DNA of 64,000 nt, taken from assembly GCA_963770795.1 (NCBI GenBank), contig CAVYQR010000006.1:2329-66328 (forward strand), read 5' to 3'. This DNA comes from an uncultured Chloroflexia bacterium. GTDB taxonomy: Bacteria > Chloroflexota > Limnocylindria > Limnocylindrales > CSP1-4. This document shows, one piece after another, positions 58,068 through 64,000 of this stretch. The notes beneath the pieces are model-generated. The model searched no databases and was not told where the DNA came from. It saw only the letters and a program-made list of their open reading frames with translations. A program made the position numbers and the translations under genes. Each line of letters starts with the position of its first letter. Within the stretch, counting starts at the first letter, position 1.

Positions 58068-58253
58068 TCAGCTCCGCTTGAGGCCGGCGAACAGGACGTA
58101 GGCCATGAGCGACATGGCGCCGCCGAGCGCGATCAGCAACGTGATGCCCGCGTAGTCCACCTTCGCCGGATCGACCGCGCTGGAGAACACAAAGTACACC
58201 GTGGCGATGACCAGGAACACGATGCCCGCGAGGGCCGCGCGACGGGGGTTCAC
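58068..58253 (-). CDS. Small two-TM protein, probable cytochrome c oxidase subunit IV (CtaF N-terminal-like)
   Basis: Position after subunit III; F...ATVY...DYAG..LL pattern. Confidence 0.6.
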   Translation of the reverse strand: MNPRRAALAGIVFLVIATVYFVFSSAVDPAKVDYAGITLLIALGGAMSLMAYVLFAGLKRS

Positions 58254-58271
58254 GGTCGCTCCTTCTCCCGG

Positions 58272-58952
58272 CTACAGCAGGTACAGGATCGAGAACAGGA
58301 GGATCCAGACGACGTCCACGAAGTGCCAGTAGAGCGACGTCGCCTCGACCATGTCGTGGTGCTTGCCCGAGAACTGCCCGGCCATGCCGCGGTACAGCAC
58401 CACCGACAGCATGAGCACGCCCCCGAAGACGTGGGCGCCGTGGAAGCCCGTGAGCGTGAAGTACGTGGTCCCGAACGTCGTCGCGCCCATCGTCAGGCCC
58501 TCGCCGATCAGGACGCTGTAGTCGAACGCCTGGAGCAGGAGGAACGTCACGCCCAGGACGAGCGTGACCGCGAACGCGCGCACGAAGCCTCGATGGTCGT
58601 CCCGCTGGATCGCCCAGACGCCCATCTGGCAGGTCGCGGACGAGATGATCAGGATCAGCGTCGCCGGCAGGATCAGGTTGAGGGAGCCGTTCTCCGTCGT
58701 CAGCGCAAACGGGTTGAGCAGCTCCGCGTAGGCGGTCGGCGGCCAGACATGCTGGAGCGTGCCGTTGACGACCTCCTGGTACCCGGCCCGGATGCTGAAG
58801 TAGGCCGCGAACAGGCCGGCAAAGAACATCACCTCGGAGGTGATGAACAGCAGCATCCCCAGGACCGGCGTGCCGATCCCCCCGGAGCCGTGCCCCTCTG
58901 CGGCGGCCGCGTGGTCGGTATGGGTGGTGAGCGCGGTGGCGTCGGCAGTCAT
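58272..58952 (-). CDS. ctaE: Cytochrome c oxidase subunit III
   Basis: LFITSEVMFF, TGFHGAHV, YWHFVDVVW. Confidence 0.95.
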   Translation of the reverse strand: MTADATALTTHTDHAAAAEGHGSGGIGTPVLGMLLFITSEVMFFAGLFAAYFSIRAGYQEVVNGTLQHVWPPTAYAELLNPFALTTENGSLNLILPATLILIISSATCQMGVWAIQRDDHRGFVRAFAVTLVLGVTFLLLQAFDYSVLIGEGLTMGATTFGTTYFTLTGFHGAHVFGGVLMLSVVLYRGMAGQFSGKHHDMVEATSLYWHFVDVVWILLFSILYLL

Positions 58953-58965
58953 CGTCCCAGGCCCC

Positions 58966-60588
58966 TCAGTGCGCGCCCGTCCGGCCGTACCGGGCATCGA
59001 AGACCGGTCGCTCGGAGCGGATCTCGGGCAGGTGGTCGAAGTTGTACGCGGGCGGCGGCGACGTGGTCGCCCATTCGAGGGTGTTGCCCTCCCACGGATC
59101 GTCGCCCGCCACCTTGCCGTTGCGCAGCGAGATCAGCACGTTCCAGAAGAACGGCAGCATGCTGAACGCGATGATGAACCCGCCGGCCGTGGCCACCAGG
59201 TTCAGCTCGCTCCAGCCGGCGTTGCTCGCGTAGTCCGCGATGCGGCGTGGCATGCCCGCCAGGCCCAGCTGGTGCATCGGGAAGAACGTCAGGTTGAACC
59301 CGATGAACATGATCACGAACTGGAGCTTGCCCAGGGTCTCGTTGAGCATCCGCCCGGTCATCTTCGGGAACCAGTAGTAGATCCCGCCGAAGATGGCGAA
59401 CACGGAGCCGCCGAACAGCACGTAGTGGATGTGGGCGACGACCCAGTACGTGTCGTGGATCGCGAAGTCCACCGGCACGGCGGCGGAGAACGCCCCGTTG
59501 ATGCCGCCGATCAGGAACATCGTGAGAAACCCGAACGCGTACAGCAGCGGCGTCTGGAAGGTCAGCTGGCCGCGCCACATCGTCGCGATCCAGTTGAACA
59601 TCTTGACGCCCGTCGGCACCGCGATCAGGAACGTCATCAGGCTGAAGAAGGGCAGGAACACGGCGCCCGTCGTGAACATGTGATGCGCCCAGACGGAGAA
59701 GCCCAGGGCACCGATCGCGACGGTGGCGAAGATGAACGCCTTGTAGCCGAACAGCGGCTTGCGCGAGAAGACCGGCAGGATCTCGCTGATGATCCCCATC
59801 GCCGGCAGGATCATGATGTAGACCGCCGGGTGCGAGTAGAACCAGAACACGTTCTGGTAGAGCACGGCGCTGCCGCCGTTGGCCGGGTCGAAGAAGTGGC
59901 CGCCGTAGTTGCGGTCGATGAACAGCATGATCAGCGCGCTGGTGAGGACCGGCGTGGCCATCAGCACGAGGACGCTCGTCACCAGGACCGTCCAGACAAG
60001 GATCGGCATCCGGAACAGCGTCAGGCCCGGGGCACGCATCTTGAAGATCGTGACCAGGAAGTTGATGGCACCCAGGATGGAGCTGGTCCCGATCAGGGTC
60101 AGGCCCATGATCCAGAGGTCCGTGCCCGTGCCGCTGAACTGGGAGCCGGATAGGGGCGGGTATTCCGTCCAGCCCGAGGCGGCCGCGCCGCCCGATACGA
60201 GGAAGCCCGATGCCATCAGGGCGCCACCCAGCGGCAGCAGCCAGAACGACAGCGCGTTGATTCGCGGGAAGGCCATGTCCGGCGCGCCGAGCTGGAGCGG
60301 CACGGCGTAGTTGCCGAAGCCCGCCAGGATCGGGATGACGAACAGGAACAGCATGAAGCTGGCGTGCATCGTGAACGCCTGGTTGTAGAACGCCTCGTCC
60401 AGGAGCTGCAGCCCGGGCTGGGCGAGCTCCACGCGGACGAGGAGCGCGAGGATGCCGCCCGCCACGAAGAACAGGATCGAGTTGATCAGGTACATGATCC
60501 CGATCTTCTTGTGGTCGGTGGTCGTCAGCCACTCGTAGAGGCCGCTCCGGTACGCGGGAGCGGCGGGGCTGAGGGTCGTCGTGGCCAT
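58966..60588 (-). CDS. ctaD: Cytochrome c oxidase subunit I, A2 type
   Basis: TTDHKKIG, FTMH, WFYSHPAVY, VWAHHMF, VAHIHYV, MPRR. Confidence 0.97.
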   Translation of the reverse strand: MATTTLSPAAPAYRSGLYEWLTTTDHKKIGIMYLINSILFFVAGGILALLVRVELAQPGLQLLDEAFYNQAFTMHASFMLFLFVIPILAGFGNYAVPLQLGAPDMAFPRINALSFWLLPLGGALMASGFLVSGGAAASGWTEYPPLSGSQFSGTGTDLWIMGLTLIGTSSILGAINFLVTIFKMRAPGLTLFRMPILVWTVLVTSVLVLMATPVLTSALIMLFIDRNYGGHFFDPANGGSAVLYQNVFWFYSHPAVYIMILPAMGIISEILPVFSRKPLFGYKAFIFATVAIGALGFSVWAHHMFTTGAVFLPFFSLMTFLIAVPTGVKMFNWIATMWRGQLTFQTPLLYAFGFLTMFLIGGINGAFSAAVPVDFAIHDTYWVVAHIHYVLFGGSVFAIFGGIYYWFPKMTGRMLNETLGKLQFVIMFIGFNLTFFPMHQLGLAGMPRRIADYASNAGWSELNLVATAGGFIIAFSMLPFFWNVLISLRNGKVAGDDPWEGNTLEWATTSPPPAYNFDHLPEIRSERPVFDARYGRTGAH

Positions 60589-60601
60589 CCCTGCTGCTCC
60601 T

Positions 60602-61447
60602 CTAGGGGTTCGCGCTGGCGGAGGGCGCCGGCGTGGGCGCCGCGGCAGCCTTCTCGACCTGGGCCGTGAGCCACGCGTCGAAGTCGGCCTTCGGCAGGGC
60701 GTGGACCTCGAAGATCATCGAGCCGTGGAACGCACCGCACAGCTCCGCGCACTGGCCGCGGTACGTGCCGGCCTCCTCGACGGTGAAGCTGAAGACGTTC
60801 TCCCTGCCCGGTACCGCGTCCCGCTTGAACAGGAACTTGGGGACGTAGAAGGCGTGGATCACGTCCTCGGCCTTGAGGGTCACCGTGATCGGCTCGCCCA
60901 CGGGAAGGACCATGCCGCCGTCCTCGCCCACCGGGACGGCCTGCGAGAACAGCGTCGCACCGTTCGCGTCCAGGTAGTCGAAGTGCCACTGGTAGCGGGC
61001 AGCCACGGCCCGGACATGGACGTCGCTCGGGGGTTTCGCCTCGACGGTGTTGAGGGTCTGCCAGGACATCACGAACAGGGCCAGGACGATCGCGGTGGGG
61101 ATCGCCGTCCAGATCACCTCGACCATGTTGTTGCCGTGGATCTGGGGCGGGAGCGTGTCGTCGCCGGGCTTGCGGCGGTACCGGAGCACCGTGAACACGA
61201 TCGCCGCCTCGACGATCAGGAAGATCGCAACCGCGATGTAGAACACGATGTCGTAGAGCGTCTTGGTGGCAACGGCGCGATCCGTGACGGGCGTCGTGTT
61301 GCCGACCGGGAAGAAGCTGTCCCAGACCTGTTGCGGTGTGGTTCCGGCCGCTGCCAGCACGGCGATCGTGGCAACCACGACCGCGATCGTGATCAGGCCG
61401 GCAACCAGGAGACCGGACCCGGTCCGGGACCGGGAAGGCATCGACAT
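60602..61447 (-). CDS. ctaC: Cytochrome c oxidase subunit II (CuA, no fused cyt c)
   Basis: EVIWT, DVIHAF, CAELCGAFHGSM; GAGG SD before the ATG. Confidence 0.95.
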   Translation of the reverse strand: MSMPSRSRTGSGLLVAGLITIAVVVATIAVLAAAGTTPQQVWDSFFPVGNTTPVTDRAVATKTLYDIVFYIAVAIFLIVEAAIVFTVLRYRRKPGDDTLPPQIHGNNMVEVIWTAIPTAIVLALFVMSWQTLNTVEAKPPSDVHVRAVAARYQWHFDYLDANGATLFSQAVPVGEDGGMVLPVGEPITVTLKAEDVIHAFYVPKFLFKRDAVPGRENVFSFTVEEAGTYRGQCAELCGAFHGSMIFEVHALPKADFDAWLTAQVEKAAAAPTPAPSASANP

Positions 61448-61656
61448 CGGGTTCCTCGGATGGTGCGACCGGGTCATGGGCAGGCCCGGCCAGCTCTGAG
61501 GTATTGCCGCCCGGGGACACGCGCGACCCGTCACCGGGGGCGCCGGACGTGCGCACTATACCGGAGGAACTGGTTTTGGGGGGCCGAATTGCCCGTGGCA
61601 TACCCTGCCGAACGGCCCCCGGGTATCGGAGCGCGGAAACGGGCGACAATGCGGGT

Positions 61657-62787
61657 GTGAATCCGACCCTGCTGGCGACCCGTCCGGGCCGCCGGATACC
61701 TGCCGCGGCGAGGGCGGCTGCGGTCGCCCTGCTTCTCGCCGGCCTGGCGGTCGGGCCTCTTGCGCAATCGGCCCTGGCACATGGGACCGAGGTGCCGCCG
61801 GAGCCCGACGCACTCGCGTTCCTGCTCGGCTGGAAGGGCGATCCACTCATCTGGCTGCCCGTGATCGTCGCCGCGGTCCTCTGGCGCTCCGGCGTGGGAC
61901 GGGTGAACCGGGCTCACCCCGGAAACCCGGTTCCGCGGCGCCGGACGGTCTCGTGGATGCTGGGCCTGCTGGCGATCCTGGTGGCGCTGGATTCCGGGGT
62001 GGAGCGCTACGACACCACCCTGTTCTCGGACCACATGGTCCAGCACATGCTGCTCACGCTGGTGGCGCCGCCGCTCCTGCTGTACGCGGGGCCGATCACG
62101 CTCCTCCTGCGGGCCTCCTCCGCCGAGACACGGCGCCGCTGGATCTTCCCGTTCCTCCACGCCCGCATCGTCCGGTTCCTGTCGTTCCCGGTGGTTGCCT
62201 GGATCCTGTTCGCCGCGGTCATGTGGGGGAGCCATTTCTCGCCGCTGTTCGACGCGTCGCTGGAGAACCAGTGGCTTCACCGCCTGGAGCACGCGCTCTT
62301 CCTTGCCTCGGCGCTGCTGTTCTGGTGGCCCGTGGTGGGGCCGGACCCGTCACCCTGGCGGATGCAACCGGCCGCCAAGGTTCTGTACGTGGGCCTGCAA
62401 ATGCCCCAGAACACGTTCCTGGCCGTGGCGATCGCGATGTCGTCCGTGCCGCTGTACCCGCACTACGTCAGCACGATCCGGTCCTGGGGGCCGACGCCGC
62501 TGGAGGACCAGCAGCTGGCCGGCAGCATCATGTGGCTGGGTGGCGACCTGGTGTTCATCGGCGCCGTGATCCTGCTCGTGCTCGCGTGGATGCGCGATGA
62601 CGAGCGGCGGACGGTCGGCGAGGACCGGCGACTGGCGGGGGAGCGGGCGGCAATCCGTGAGCGCGAGGTGAAGCTGGCGGCGCGCCTGGCGGGGGAGGTG
62701 CCTGCGGCGCCGGAGGGGCCCGCGGCCGCGGCCGGATCGCCGGAAGGATCCGGGGGAGCGCCCGAGGGGCTCAGCCTCCCGTCGTGA
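61657..62787 (+). CDS. ctaG: Cytochrome c oxidase assembly factor (Caa3_CtaG family)
   Basis: LFSDHMVQHMLL...APPLL, LEH, LFWWPV, DQQLAG.IMW. Confidence 0.92.
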   Translation: MNPTLLATRPGRRIPAAARAAAVALLLAGLAVGPLAQSALAHGTEVPPEPDALAFLLGWKGDPLIWLPVIVAAVLWRSGVGRVNRAHPGNPVPRRRTVSWMLGLLAILVALDSGVERYDTTLFSDHMVQHMLLTLVAPPLLLYAGPITLLLRASSAETRRRWIFPFLHARIVRFLSFPVVAWILFAAVMWGSHFSPLFDASLENQWLHRLEHALFLASALLFWWPVVGPDPSPWRMQPAAKVLYVGLQMPQNTFLAVAIAMSSVPLYPHYVSTIRSWGPTPLEDQQLAGSIMWLGGDLVFIGAVILLVLAWMRDDERRTVGEDRRLAGERAAIREREVKLAARLAGEVPAAPEGPAAAAGSPEGSGGAPEGLSLPS

Positions 62788-62880
62788 CGCACGGTCACCA
62801 GTTGCGTCCATCCGCGTTGCGTCGATCCGCGGTCGCCTCCCTCGGGAAGCCGCCGTCCTCGGGCACACACCCGCCGGACC

Positions 62881-63903
62881 CTACCCCTCCGGGGGGACCA
62901 CGGCCTCGAGGTACTCCAGGAACCGGTCCGGGTCCACGTTGCCGCCCGAGACCACGCCCACGATCGGTCCGTCCAGGCCCGCGAGTCCCGCCTCCGCGGC
63001 GCGGAATCGCATCGCCGCGATCGGCAGCGCGCCCGACGGCTCCACCACCAGGCGCGCCTCCTCGGCGCCCAGGCGCACGGCTGCGGCGATCTCGGCCTCG
63101 GACACCGTGATGACCGCGTCCAGCTGCTCTCGCAGGTGAGCGAAGTTGAGCCGGCCGATCGACTGCGTCCGCGTGCCGTCCGCGATGGTCCGGCTCACGA
63201 GCTCCGGCGGCCAGGCCACGATGCGATCCTGGGCCAGCGAATCGCGCGCGTCCGCGGCCAGCTCCGGCTCCACGCCGATCAGCCGCGCATTCGGGACGAG
63301 GGCCGTGATCGCCGCGGCCACGCCGGCCGCCAGCCCGCCGCCGCCGATCGGGACCAGCACGGCGGCCACCTCGGGCATGTCCTCGGCGATCTCCAGGCCC
63401 GTGGTGCCCTGCCCGGCCACGATCCACCGATCGTCGTAGGGCGGGATGATCGCGAGGCCCCGGGCCGCGGCGAGCTCCTCCGCCACTCGCCGCCGCTCCT
63501 CGGACGCCGTGCCCACGATGACCACCTGGGCGCCGTCGGCCTCCACGCGTGCGCGTTTGAGGGCGGGCGCGTCCGACGGCATGACGATGACGGCCGGAAC
63601 GCCGAACAGCCGCGCGGCCCGGGCGACGCCCTGAGCGTGGTTGCCGGAGGAGTAGGTGATGAGGCCGCGCCGACGCTCCTCCGGCGTCAGCATGGCCGCC
63701 GCCACGTACGCCCCGCGCAGCTTGAACGCGCCGATCGGCTGGAGGGACTCCGCCTTGAGCCAGTGCCGCCTCTCCGGTCGCCCGAACGGCACGAGAGGCG
63801 TCCGGACCGTGATCCCGCGCAGGATGTCCGCGGCTGCGCGGATCTCCTCGAGGGTGACCAGCGCGGGGAGCGGCTCGGGTTCGGCGCCGGAGGGGTCGTT
63901 CAC
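62881..63903 (-). CDS. Threonine/serine dehydratase-family PLP enzyme
   Basis: KAESLQPIGAFKLRGA, SSGNHAQG, GQGT, PIGGGGL, EPSGA, SGGN. Confidence 0.93.
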   Translation of the reverse strand: MNDPSGAEPEPLPALVTLEEIRAAADILRGITVRTPLVPFGRPERRHWLKAESLQPIGAFKLRGAYVAAAMLTPEERRRGLITYSSGNHAQGVARAARLFGVPAVIVMPSDAPALKRARVEADGAQVVIVGTASEERRRVAEELAAARGLAIIPPYDDRWIVAGQGTTGLEIAEDMPEVAAVLVPIGGGGLAAGVAAAITALVPNARLIGVEPELAADARDSLAQDRIVAWPPELVSRTIADGTRTQSIGRLNFAHLREQLDAVITVSEAEIAAAVRLGAEEARLVVEPSGALPIAAMRFRAAEAGLAGLDGPIVGVVSGGNVDPDRFLEYLEAVVPPEG

Positions 63904-64000
63904 CGGTGGCCCTTCGTGCGCTGGCAGTCGATGCACAGGGCAGCGCTGGGCAGCGCTTCGAGCCGCTCGGGCGGGACAGCCCGCCCGCACGCGGTGCACG

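Overview
GC-rich bacterial chromosome window, probably Chloroflexota (inference from gene style, a RibXY-like transporter under an FMN riboswitch, tethered cupredoxins and a split cytochrome b). The left 3.6 kb is a mobile-element hotspot at tRNA-Arg(TCG). It holds an IS21 right end, a 24-bp att-like copy of the tRNA 3' end, a decayed IS481 fragment, and an intact IS481 flanked by a 15-bp duplication of the tRNA 3' terminus. The rest is mostly core genes: amino-acid and riboflavin-type ABC transporters, a WYL regulator, a MerR-HTH/GAF/GGDEF protein, a sulfatase-anSME-SulP operon, three double-META lipoproteins, tRNA-Lys, tRNA-fMet and two respiratory loci. The most striking candidate system is an operon joining a GltD/NfnB-like NAD(P)H flavo-FeS oxidoreductase, a b6-type Rieske/cytochrome b complex, a cytochrome c-cupredoxin fusion and a Kelch membrane protein. 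An A2-type cytochrome c oxidase 30 kb away carries a closely related tethered cupredoxin, suggesting a copper-to-copper relay. Three intergenic loci contain hairpins with C-rich (anti-SD-like) loops, two of them behind recognisable promoter motifs, so they are candidate sRNAs. Several frameshifts in otherwise intact genes are most likely assembly errors. All calls were made by eye; no searches were run.
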